This document shows, one piece after another, positions 11,501-23,800 of a DNA stretch of 64,000 nt (position 1 is its first letter; each line of letters starts with the position of its first letter). The stretch is taken from assembly GCA_973851085.1 (NCBI GenBank), contig OZ316775.1:20646001-20710000 (forward strand), read 5' to 3'. Position numbers and translations under genes: made by a program. A model generated the notes under the pieces. The model was not told the DNA's origin and ran no database searches. It saw only the letters and a list, made by a program, of their open reading frames with translations. The stretch comes from Ptychomitrium polyphyllum (Eukaryota).

Positions 11501-12359
11501 CATCTTCTCTGCACACCCAAAAGAGATACCACACATTTGTGAGCAATGACGCGTGAACCCACAACCGACACGTGAACGCTCTGTTCTCCACCAAGGGAGT
11601 TCCTGTGCACACAAGCATGAAAGTTTACTCGTGGCGGAACTTATAACAAGAAAGGCAGATACTGACGAAATATCAACTTAGTAGCGCCTCTTTGATGCCC
11701 ATAAGCTAACGACTGAAACCATATCCTGGCGTTGTGCAGGATTTTAAACGTGTAGTACCACAAAGAATCCACAAATGTCATCTGAAACATTCAGATTCGA
11801 GCTAAATATTGACTCCAAACAAGCCAAAAGTTGCCACTCGAGATGTTCGTGCTGTGTTTTGCTCATCGTCTTTAACTCTCCAAAACCCGCATTGCGATCA
11901 TACACTCGCTAACTGAAATCGTGATTAACTTTACACTCGCCCTTGTGAACTCAAGGTCGTCAAATTCAATCGGGTAGAAGGTGGACCAACAACTATCCAT
12001 TTTTTAGACATCCAGACGTTGCTCTGCCGTCCCTTAATATAGAGAATCGAACAAGCTCATACATATTGGGCACTCCCTGTTCATGCTTCTTAGTGACGAA
12101 GTTCGCAAATTGGGAGTTTTCCATGTTTAAACCTTACCATATCTACTGCTGCCCTAGGGCTACCATTTCTGCAGTTCCACTGCAAGCCCTGATGGAAGTT
12201 ACAGAAAACCAAGGTAGAAGGATGAACATACTTGAGGAATGAGATGTGGAGGCGACGGTAATCGAAAGGAGTCCGCCCGTCAACCCGCTGCTCCTCACGG
12301 ATCGCAGCCTCTATGAACTCCTTCTCATTCACGCTCATCCGCAGCCCTGCGTTTGCCAT
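8525..12359 (-). CDS. RRP45: Exosome complex component RRP45 (RNase PH family), about 8 exons
   Basis: Exon peptides MANAGLRMSVNEKEFIEAAIREEQRVDGRTPFDYR, GSVEVQLGQTRVL...FTEFSPMGDPAFEPGRP, VLDPNLKEEEVMGGRVTVTVNAQGDICAVQKGGG. GT-AG junctions. Long charged C-terminal extension ending in KKKAKKRK (NLS-like). Confidence 0.92.
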
Positions 12360-12504
12360 GGTGCCTGAATCTACCCTTCTCAATCAAGCATGTTCTTCAC
12401 TAAGTGCCCTCTCTCCAAGTGACCTCCCACTCACAAGTGAATGGTCTGCAGTGGACATGCCAAATGACGAACCCGATGCTCCACCAGTTTTGTTTCAACT
12501 AGGG

Positions 12505-12513
12505 TTAGGGTTT
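12505..12513 (-). promoter_or_regulatory. Telo-box (AAACCCTAA) upstream of RRP45
   Basis: Exact TTAGGGTTT on the plus strand about 150 bp upstream of the RRP45 ATG. Telo-boxes are typical of plant ribosome-biogenesis and RNA-processing gene promoters. Confidence 0.55.
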
Positions 12514-13237
12514 AAGGCCTTCAAGTCGGGCTCTTCCGTTTACCAACTTTCTGAATCTTTTTCTTTTTCTAGTTTTGCTCTGTGCGTTCTACGGTTTCAT
12601 TCCCTCCATCTGGCCTCGTGGTTGTGATGGAATCTAGTTCAGCAGACTACAAGCTGGAGCGTAACCCACCTCAAGCCGACGAGTGCAGACTGTACAACTG
12701 GTGGTAGACCTATTTTCTTTGGCTGTTTGAACTGGGAAGGACTTTAGTGGGACTCAATTTGAGAGATTGTCTCTTGTTTTGGTCACCTGCGCTTGACCGT
12801 CACATGGGTGCGTTGCGGTGAGAAGTTCGACTATGTTAGCCTCTCTGTTTTACGAATTTCTTAGAATTTCTCCCTGAAGCGTACTGAGTGTTTTAGTTGA
12901 GATTGTGTTCTTTGGCAAGTTGGTGTGAAACAGAGAAGAGCTTGCCGACCCATGTTCTCGAAGCGAGTCGTATTGTGACCTCAGCTTTAAAGTGAATTTT
13001 CACGGTGCTATGACACTGCGAGGGTGTGCTTAGGAGGGATGCAGCGCTTCCAATTCATTTTAAGTGATTGCTGAGCTCGACGGTTTTGGAGTGAGAACTC
13101 TTGAATTGAATTGTTCTACGTATACGTTGAATTTCTTCTCACACGAAAGCTGGGGTGTATGGAAAGGTTTGGGGAATCAATTAGCTCACATGGGGACTAA
13201 GTTGCGACCACCTCATCTTTGTTAGCGGGCAGAAGGA

Positions 13238-16060
13238 ATGGCGTTCATCAGGAACGCCGTGATATCCAGGTACTCTCAGTGAATGTCATTCACCTTAAAG
13301 TTCATCAACATTTAGTCAGTACATTTTTTTGGTGAGTAAGTTATATCGAGAAGCGCATCAGATTGTAGGAATTCATTATTTTGTTATGACCTTCATGGCA
13401 GAAGCTTCGGCTTACAGCGATGGAAACAAACATTACAAGGTTACCATGTTGGAGCGATAAATAGCGTTGTTTGTAACAACCCACTTCCCACGCTAGGGGA
13501 ATCAGAAGGTCCTAGATTCGTAAGTGGACAGGAAGTTTGGAGGTTATGTAAGGTAGGGCGACTGAGAGAAGCGATTCAACTGTTAGGGCTCATGAAACAA
13601 CGGGGTCTGCGAGTGAACTCGAACACCTACGGCTGTGTTGTTGAGCATTGTGCGAAATTGAGACGTTTCGAAGACGGAAAGTTGGTTCACAAGCAGTTGG
13701 ATGAAGCTGGCGTAGAGATTGATATCTACCTCGGAAACACTCTGATAAATTTTTACAGCAAATATGGAGATGTTGTCAATGCAGCTCAGATTTTCAATAG
13801 AATGGCGCTGCGGGATGTGGTCACTTGGAGCTCTTTGATAGCTGGTTATGTGAGTAATCGTTGCCCTGCTCAGGCGTTTGATGTTTTTGAACGCATGAAG
13901 AAAGATTATATCAAACCTAATAGAATCACGTTTTTGAGTATCCTCAAAGCTTGTAGTAGTGTTGAGATGTTGGAGAAGGGAAAGGAAATCCATGCCTTCG
14001 TGAAGGCCACGGGACTAGAATCCGATGTCGCTGTGGCAACCGCACTAATGACCATGTATTCAAAATGCGGAGCGCTGGCTCTTGCACGTCCGGTTTTCGA
14101 CGAGATGGCAGAGCGTAACGTGGTCTCGTGGACCGCAATCATCCAAGGTAGTGCACAGCATGGCAAGTTTGAGGAAGCATTTCAGCTCTATGAGCAGATG
14201 TTGCAGACTGGGATCTTACCAAATGCTGTCACGTTTGTAAGTGTACTCAATTCATGTAATACTTCCCAGGCTTTAGATAGGGGGAAGAAAGTACATTCCC
14301 ACATCAAGGAAAGAGGTTTCGAAACAGACATTTTTGTGGCAAATGCATTGATCACCATGTATTGCAAGTGTAGAAGTGTTCAAGATGCTCGCAAAGTCTT
14401 TGATCGGATGACCAAGCGGGATGTTATTTCATGGAGTGCCATGATTGCTGGATACGCACAGAGTGGGTATAAAGAGAAGGAATCGCTCAACGAGGCCTTC
14501 TATCTTCTTGAGCACATGCGAGAAGAAGGAGTGCTTCCGAATAAAATAACGTTCATGAGTGTGCTGAGAGCGTGCTCCATGCATGGAGCTCTTGATCAGG
14601 GGCGAAAATTTCATGCAGAGATCTCGAAAGTTGGATTTGAGTCTGATAGCTCTTTGCAAACTGCGATTTTCAACATGTATGCCAATTGTGGAAGTATTAG
14701 TGAGGCAGAGCAGGTTTTCAGCAAGATGGCAGACAAGAACGTAGTTGCCTGGAGTTCATTACTTAGTATGTATGTCAAATGTAAAGACCTTGCTTCAGCA
14801 GACAAAGTATTTAATGATATGTCCTTCCGGAACATAGTATCCTGGAACTTGATGATTGCCGGATATGCTCAAAATGGAGATATTGGCAAAGCTTTCGAGC
14901 TTCTTTCTAGCATGAAAGCGGAAGGGTTTCAGCCGGACAAGGTAACAATTATCTCTATTCTTGAATCTTGTGCGGCCTTCGCAGCCTTGGAGAGGGGAAA
15001 GTTAATCCATGCCGAGGCCGTGATGCTGGGGCTGGAATCAGATACTGTTGTTACTACAGCCCTCATTGGGATGTACTCGAAATGTGGACAAGTTGCTGAA
15101 GCTCGTACTCTCTTTGATAAGTTATCAAGTCGAGATATAGTTGCCTGGAATGCCATGATCTTAGGGTATGGCCAACATGGGGATGGCATGGAAGCAGTTG
15201 ACATCTTCAAACGCATGCTTAAGGAGAACGTCACACCGAACGAGATCACCTTCACAGCTGTTATCTCTGCTTGTAGTCGTGGAGGGCTTGTGCAAGAGGG
15301 CTGTGAATTTTTTCGCATGCTGCAAGAGGACTACAGCATGAAGCCCAGAAAAGAGCATTATGGGTCTATCGTTGACCTTCTTGGTCGAGCTGGGCAATTG
15401 AGAAAGGCAGAGAAATTCATTCAAAACATGCCGTGCGAACCGGATATTTCAGTGTGGCATGCTCTACTTGGTGCATGCAAATCTCACAGTGATGTGGAGC
15501 TAGCTGAGTGGGCAGCCCATCATGTACTTGAACTGGAACCTTTCAACACTAGCGTGTACGTAACTTTGTCGAATATTTATGCTCAAGCTGGACGCTGGGA
15601 TGACTCCACAAAGATTAGGAAAGTGATGGAGAATAGAGGATTAAAGAAAGTCCGTGGTGAAAGTTCTATCGAGATTGACGGTAGAATACATTCTTTTGTG
15701 GCTGGGGAGCGTTTACACCCAGAAATAGATGATATTCATGCAGAGCTTGAAACGCTCTCACAAGAAATGAAGGAAGCTGGATATATACCAGATATGAGGT
15801 TTGTTTTGCATGATGTTGATGACATACAGAAGGAAAAAGCATTGTGTCACCATAGTGAGAAGTTGGCCATTGCATATGGATTACTCAAGACAGGTTCTGA
15901 CACACCAATCCGTATCATGAAAAATCTTCGTGTCTGCGGTGACTGTCACACAGCAACGAAGTTCATCTCCAAGATCAGAAAACGAGAAATTGTCGCCAGG
16001 GATGCAAATCGATTCCATTATTTCAGCAATGGGACATGCTCTTGCGGCGATTTTTGGTGA
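13238..16060 (+). CDS. PLS-class pentatricopeptide repeat protein with E and DYW cytidine-deaminase domain (organellar C-to-U editing factor), similar to moss PPR_71/PPR_91 type; inferred exons 13238-13269 and 13369-16060 (907 aa)
   Basis: 822-aa ORF 13592-16060 with P-L-S triplets (NVVSWTAII, PNAVTFVSVL, ALITMYCKC), HSEKLA (HxE), CGDCH (CxxC) and terminal DFW. The frame is open from 13340. An upstream ATG exon joins in frame via a GT-AG intron at 13270-13368. Confidence 0.93.
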
Positions 16061-17580
16061 CTTTGTTGAGGTGAAAGGTCTCTCCTTTCTACTATAAAAC
16101 ATGGATATAGACATATTGCATCTGCTGGTCCTGCTCTGTGAGCGTTTTACATATTCAAATGCTAGAACATGAATGTGAGCATGCTTACTTTTCCTGCAAG
16201 TAGCATCTAATATAGGCATTCAGAACACTAGAAACACTCTGACTTGCAAAGTAGCCATCCTGTCTAACTGGCCCAGTGCACCCAATTTATTTATCATCAA
16301 ATCAGTTGCTCATATATTTCTTGTTCTGAGGGCAGAACTCTTCATAAAGTTACAGTAGTTTAGTGTTGAGGCTTGTTTCAATTCTGTTTCTACGTGTTCG
16401 ATGCCTTTTGTAATTCGTCTTAACATACAGAATGATACCCTGTTAGCTGTAGTAGGTCATTTTAGATATGTAACAGGTCCGTGGACTGTAATCCAAGACA
16501 ACCACAGAGCCTCATACCCTTTTAGCAGTTTTCAGAGTGATAGTTGTGAACGGAGTTCTTGCTCGACACCGCTCGTCTTTCAGGACTGCCGTCTTATTGA
16601 AGGTAAGGCCCTATTATACCCCTGTGCAAATCCTTTATTTCAAGTATACTACTATGCCCTGTGCTGTTAGCCCATCCAAGATGGCCGCTTTGCGGTGCAA
16701 ACCAGTGGGAGAATCTAAATTTCTTGTATTTTTTCAAATTTTTTATTTCTGAGATGAAAAAATTCTTTGAAATTTAGTATTCACCACACTGTAGTTTCAA
16801 AACTTGTGAAACCACAATTATGCACCTCCTATACTCCCATTGAGCGTCATAGTTTTGGAGATCTTAAATATTATCACAAACACATAAAATAAAATAACCT
16901 CTCTTTCTTAATATATAGTCCCTGAAGTTTAAGGAATGCATTCACCTCCAGAATGCTAATTCGTTACTTTTTCCTCCCGTCTATTGTCAGTGCATCCTTC
17001 TATAGTTTGAAAAACGAGAAATCATGGTAAAATAAGGGTTTACCTAAGGATAGTAGATACTGTATCGTAGGCAGCCCAAACTGTATTCCAAGAGAAACAG
17101 GGCTTGAGATTGATAGCGAACCCCTACTCAAAGTGGCCGCTCCAGCCTTGCTAGCAAATTTGACAAATTAGTGTTCATACAAAAAACCAGCAACAACAAT
17201 GTTGCTGGCACAGACCGACCAGTTACTGTAGAAGTTTGTCTGAAGAAATTGTCATAACATTTTTTAGCAGCATGACCTTACACCGGTACCACAGTAGAGC
17301 ATCTGGCCAGGTGCTCTTCTATACACAGTTTAACACGTGAAGGTGAAGTGAAAGTAGTGTTGTACTATTTTGGTGTAGGGTCATTTAGCTAAAGAATGTT
17401 ATGGTGATTTGATATTATGAAGTTTTCTATTGAAGTTTATCATGAAAGAGATTCTGAGATATCTTAGTATGGATGTGTCATCTCATAGCTGCCTTTAGAG
17501 ATATATGCATCCAAGTTGAAACTGATGTGTTGCAGCTGCATGTATTCAGGTTGAAGCAAGTTGTGTTCTCTTGTTTCAAT

Positions 17581-17987
17581 GGAGGTGGCTGCAACCACCA
17601 TCTGGTTCGATTTTACATTGAATTTACTTTAATTACAATTGAGTGTTTTCACCCAATTGTAGGCCACAGACGTGGTTGAATTAAACCAGTTTAGTTGGCA
17701 ATTTTCAACCGTTTGGTTGAGAATTTCTCAACCATGGGTTGCGTAGGAATAGCGGTTGAGTATTAGAAATTTTCTGGACGGTGGTGGAAGGTACCGTTTA
17801 ATAAGTGGTAGAAATTCTCAACCAAGTGTGGAAGACCACAGTGGAGAGTTTTTCTCCCTTGGAGGGACCACAGTTGAGAAATGTTTTCATCGATTCAACC
17901 GGGTTTTTGTGTGAAGCCTGTGATTGCGATGATTCTTGGTTGAAAAGCACCTCAAAATCTCAACTAGACAGTGTGTACAGCCACCCC
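17581..17987. mobile_element. Putative MITE (about 407 bp) with imperfect TIRs and 3-bp AAT target-site duplication
   Basis: Left end GGAGGTGGCTGCA; right end reverse complement GGGGTGGCTGTA. AAT flanks both sides (17578-17580, 17988-17990). Many internal TCAACC/GGTTGA motifs in both orientations. Confidence 0.45.
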
Positions 17988-18619
17988 AATGATTTTCATT
18001 GTAAATTTTGGCCCAGTCCCTGAGGGGATTATTCTCTAAGTCGAAGAATCTGCGCACGTCTGCTTTGGGGACACAGGGTGAGGCTGGGATAAGTGATCCG
18101 ACCAGGTCTTGGACCCCTCATGTGCAGGTTCTTGCCTGCCCACTTTTTAAAAATATGGTTAAATTAGGTCCTCATCTTGTCAGGTTACATCTGCTTGTTT
18201 GTTAAAAGTCAACAACGATATAGTGCACACACTTCCTGGCTTGTAAATAGATGTTAGCTTAACTGTCGTAAGAGTATATGTTGTCAACCTGCTTCGCTCT
18301 ATTACGAATTCGTCCTCCTCAGCAACCGTTGAAGAGAACTGGTAGTTGAATCAATTTTTACATAGAACCGTGTGATTGCGATGGCATCTCAAGGAGCAAT
18401 ACGTGGTGACGAAGGACAGACACTCTAGTTACAGTCTACCAGCACTGGAGTATGTGAGACTTCTGGGTTCTACACTGCAATTGGGGCCAGCTCATGCACT
18501 GATAATCAGTTTGAGAGTTCACTCCTATTCAAAATCAAGGGGATGAATCTCTACATTGCTTCTAGAATCTGCATGACGACGTTAAGAGCGACCTTAAGAT
18601 TGAGATTGATGCTTCCAAA

Positions 18620-19270
18620 GTTCACTGAGGTGAATTGAGTTCAGATTCCAGTTTAGATGTGGATGCGGAGTTAGACCGAGAAATATTTGAGAGTTTGAGG
18701 GAACGGCTTGAATACTCATGGTTCTTTCGGACAATTTTTAGTGATATAGAAGTGGGACTTAACGTTGCAGAGGGAGGGCAAGTAGAGATATTCCAAGGTA
18801 ATCTGAAGAGTTTCATGACTAGAGGATTGTTTGAGACCCGTTGGATGTTGAAGGTATTCAAGGCTGGGTTTTCATTGCGAGATCTTCAACGCTAATGGCC
18901 ACAAGGTGTAGTGAAAGGATGGTCTTTGAAGGACAGTTCTCTGGGCTTCAATCATTGGAGTTGCTTCTCAAGGGTGGGTTCAATTTGAGGTGGAATAGTG
19001 TTGGAAGATTACAGGTTTGCTTTTGTGTTGGCAAGAGAAGACACTGATTTGTGAAAGTTCATTGATGTTTATCAAGACAGATCCTTTCAGTTGGGGGATC
19101 AAGAATTTGATTTAAAGATGTTGGCAGCCATGTCCTACAGAAAGACCCACTTATAATAATTTAGTTGAAGAAACTGAAGAGCATAATTTTAAAAATGATA
19201 ACTAGAGATTTAGGAACACTATAGATGCAGAAGAACAAAGACATAGAGCTACTACTCATGCATTTATTTC
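18620..19270 (+). pseudogene. Protein kinase (TKL-like) pseudogene fragment
   Basis: NVAEGGQVEIFQ (subdomain I-like) and MLKVFKAGFSLRDLQR*WP (subdomain II), then stops and frameshifts. Same style as the relic at 41.6-42.6 kb. Confidence 0.55.
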
Positions 19271-20867
19271 TCAACATTTAAAAGAATTGTGTAGCAGCAT
19301 ACCCTGCACGATTGGGATGACAAGAGGTGCATTGAAATCCTGAGGAATCACATGAACCCTTCGATAAAATACAATGGCCCAAGTAACACAAATGTGCAAT
19401 ACAACATAGAATTCCAGGTCAAATGATACAAACAGCATTATGAAGCGGTGCTTCGGCGTGTTGTTCTTGTCCCAGGTGGTCAAGCGGGATCCATGCACAG
19501 CCGGCTGCAAAATCATCTACTTCTTTTCATGTACACAAACCCTAATCTTGAAGAACCTTAACATTCCCTCTTCAAAAAATAATCAGCCAAAAAAACCCCC
19601 TCAAAACCCAATTCCAGTCTAAAACCAACATCAGTTTTACCTCGTCTGCGTTCGTACTTGACCAGGAACCGAAACCGAAGATAAACTCCTGTCTATCCGC
19701 TTCCCTTTGCCGCTCCAAGGCGACGGTCACTCGTGGCTGAGTCACCAACGCCAGTCCTCACCTCCGCCCTCCCTCGTGCAACAGGCACAATTGCAACTTC
19801 AACCTGCGCAAGTGATGTCCACAACTGCACAACAGAACAACAGTCCAGCAAACCATAATTCCCATCGCCACTACTGAACAGAAGAAAAGCCTGCCTCCAG
19901 CTTTAAACCACAAAAGACCAGCATCAAATCCCAGTCTCAAAAATATAAACATCCATGCCTCATCACTGAGACATCCACATGAACTCCAATGCTCCAAACA
20001 CATCGTTCGCAGCATAGCAACGTAGAACCAAGCAAAGTCTTAAACATGCATTGGGAATTACAATGGGATCATGAAGCGTTGTCAAAACCGTAGGCAATAG
20101 ACATGCATTATAAACTGGTATAATACAAAATCACGTTCTACTGTTATTTGAGCCATAATTTACTCAACAAATGCTGTTCATGAGTTACGAAGTGCCTTTA
20201 AGGAATCTTCCCAAGACGCTGAGCACTACTATAACTACATTAAACTTTCTAGATAGAAAATAACACATAAAGGACGTTGCAGAATTCAAGAGTAGAAAAA
20301 TGGAAATCTTGCTGATCACTGAAGTTCAATACGTAACCTCGATTCAAAGATCACCACTGTTAATTTACAGAAGTGACAAATAGTTTACAAGAGTATTACA
20401 CGTGACTATGATCAAATACTATGTTAATTTACATAAACAAAGTTTCCAGACCAGAGAAATATCTGCCTTGAGTTCTCTAACCTGCTTAAGCAGCTAACTC
20501 ACATCTAAACCTGCACTGTACCATAAATGTATAGCAAAATGTAAATATTCACAAAATGGTGTAAGCTATTCAAGCCCAAAGGAAGACAGTCCTCTGCAAT
20601 AGTAGAGCTTGCACTTGTACCTGACGGCAACTCTTAGTAGCAGACAGACTTTTCAGAATGACATATCAGGAAATGCCCTAATTCATCAGTAGTAGGTTCA
20701 AGTTGGGATAGTGGCAATGCTTATGCTAATTCATAGACCACATACTGGACCCACAAACCAGAATTGGTATGGAAATCTAGTTCTTCAAATAGTTGCACAC
20801 CAATAAGCTGAATATGTCTGCCGCAGTAACTTTGACAATATAATTCCGCTTTGCCGTCAGGAGTATT

Positions 20868-23800
20868 CTATTTCCAGACTTTGATGGCACCATCTCTGCT
20901 ACTTGATATCAGAAGCCGCTGATTAGTTTGAGCTGTGGCAAGGCTAAGAATGCAATCGCGATGGCATCCAGCACTATCAGTAGCAGCTGCAGCAAGACCG
21001 TTCTTTGGAGGACTTTTACTTGGAACTCTGCTGTCTGTCCCAGGAGTTTCCTGTAAACAGTTATCTCTTTGGTTAGAAGACCACCAAATTATGACTAGGA
21101 AGATCTCAGAAAGAGAATCAGTACTGTGTCCTGAAGTACCTACAATGCAAGGGGCCATCAAAAAAGGGCACACAGAAACTGTTTTCAATAGGCATCTAAA
21201 ATGTAGGAAAGGACTCATGCTCACGACATAAGAACAAGCATCAGCATCTATCTGTTAAAGCAGCGCTCTAAATTTTGAAGGTAGTGTACATGCTAAGAGA
21301 AATATTTGCCTGCAAGTTATGAGAGCTAGTATAACACAAAATGAACAAACAACACGCTTAATGAAAACGATTAAATTTTCGATCAAGGGCCTCTGCACCA
21401 CAAGTCGAATGCTGTGTAGTTGAACAACAAAACGCACAACTAAATGCAAGGGTGGTGACAAATATGCAAATCATGTAAAGGTAAATAGAAGATTAGAAAA
21501 CCAACCTGGACAATGCGGACACCATTCAATGAGCGTAATTCATAAGCCTGAACATCGGCACTTGAAGAACTCTTCCCCATAGTGGGCCCACAGACGTGAT
21601 AGCTCCGATCGGGTCTATATTCGAAGACGCAAAGGCAGATACGATTCAGACTCGAAAATAATATAAGCACCCATGAGTTCAATAATGCAACCTTAGATCT
21701 CAGGTGACAGCAAAGAAGTAGATGACTTCATTAGCTTGATGTTGTTAGCATCTCACACTACAAAGTGTGCACAGAAAATTGAAAAACTTCACAGTTAAAA
21801 AGTTTCATAGAAAACATGGTCTCAGATACTGGGAATAATAAAAAATCAACATCACATGTATTCATCACAAGAATTCGTTAGTACTTAATGGAAAAAAACA
21901 ATATTAGGAACAAGCAGAGTACCTCAAACGATCCCACATTCGAATCCGGCAATCCGATCCACCAGTGAGGAGGGCCGCACCACCGGACAATGGCAGTAAT
22001 GTGCGTACTCCAGGCAATCTTGCAGGAGGCTCGTTCAATTCTTCCATGCGATAATCAGCCACTTTCACACCTCCGACCAGCCTGGTATCTCTTAAAGACT
22101 GAGAATTCAACAATGGCTGACTAAGAGCTGCAGGGACCGTATTCATCTCTGTATGGGCAGGATCAGCGCACAATCGAAGAACCTGCAGTCATAAGATAGA
22201 AATCTCAACATTCCAGATTCGTAGTTGCTTCAAGTCCCTGCTAAGGGAAACCATTCCTGAAGTAGTACTTAACCTCATGTCACAAGCTGTTCCAGAAAAC
22301 TTGAGGCCTGAAAACATGGGGATACCTGATGACATGTACCATCTTCAGCATTCCAAAGAGCCACCTCGTTGCGTCCTGCAGCAACATAAACATACGGGTG
22401 CTGACTTGCTGATGCCGGTGTACCTTTTCCAGGAACTAGAACGCACATGCTTTCGACTGGGCAGCAAGCTGGATGCTGCCACGTGTTGACCGCGATCTGC
22501 AGTATGTAAGGACAAAATTAGGAACAAGACACTGAAATAACACAGGACATACATAACATGACCATCACGTCTACCACAAACGAGTTCCAAAAGCGGATAC
22601 CTACACATGAAGCACTAAAGGGAACAGGTACACAACAGTAATTCAAAATATTGACCAAAACCTTTTGAGAGGCCTTGACCCTAGAGAATGGTAAAAGAGC
22701 AGTGAACAATTAATTGGCTGAAACTAAGCACCGCAACCTATTTCAATCATTAACAGGCAGGCACTTAAATGACACATGATAATTTTAATAAGAAAGAAGC
22801 TCCTTTGAAAACCGCTCTCTCGACTGAATTTGGAACTGATGCTAAGCAAAGACGAGTATTGCTCAGATGGAAAACCTGAAAGCGCAAGTCCCAGAGCGTA
22901 AGTATTCCTCGAGATGTTGCCGACACCAACCAATTACATGCGGGGTCAACTGATACAGCTGATATGTAGCCTTGATCTGGATTTGCCCGCAATGTCCAAG
23001 CATCAGATTCGGTCCTCAAATCCCACAGATGTATACCGTTTCTTTGAGTGCTATACAAAAGTTGAGATGGGCCTTCAATGAAGAGGTTTTGCATCGTCAA
23101 AACATTACCCTCTTGGGTAACTTTCTTATGAGTATCTGAAATGCCAGTATATCGTTCTGTGCTACCTCCTAGACGTGCCACATAATCAACTGTAAAAACA
23201 TGTATAGTTCCTTTATTAGAAGCTGCAGCAACTTGGTGTCCACCACCTAGGATGGACACGTGAAGTGCTCGACCTTCATTTGGTAGAGGATATGTTAAAC
23301 GGGACCTAAAAGAGATATCTCTTTCTAATCTTCGGCAATCCCATATCTTAACTGTTCCATCATCTGATGCACTTGCTAGAAAGACATTATCACTCGAAAC
23401 TGCCACCTCGTTCACCGCACGTTGATGCTCTTGCATGTGAGCTATGAGAACACCACGAGGCCTCCATGAACTTTCTGCAGTTCCCGCAGAACTCAAGAGC
23501 GGGCTTCCAGAATCCAAAGATGCTTCACTGACAGACACGTTGACCGGACTAGGTTCCCCAGAGTTTCCGCCCCCAAGTATATCAGAAGATGATGCTAAAC
23601 TGGCTTTACTAGTCGCCATGCTATTGATGCTGCTTCCAAATCCGGTAGCAAGAAGACCTTCACCAGAGTCCTGTCGACCAGCGTCTCTCAAGACCTCAAA
23701 CTTTCTATAGCTTATGGGACTGGGTCCCTGGTACACAGATCCTGCGAGCAGCCTTGGAGCACTCGATCCAGTCATAGCTACATGTGACCTGCATGAGCAT

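Noticed and set aside
13583..16219. Multiple minus-strand ORFs inside the PPR gene
   Set aside because: Antisense shadows of a long coding exon with no independent motifs.
19271..20015. Possible small spliced minus-strand gene (donor-like site at about 19640)
   Set aside because: No recognisable protein motif and no confident start or stop, so it cannot be supported from sequence alone.
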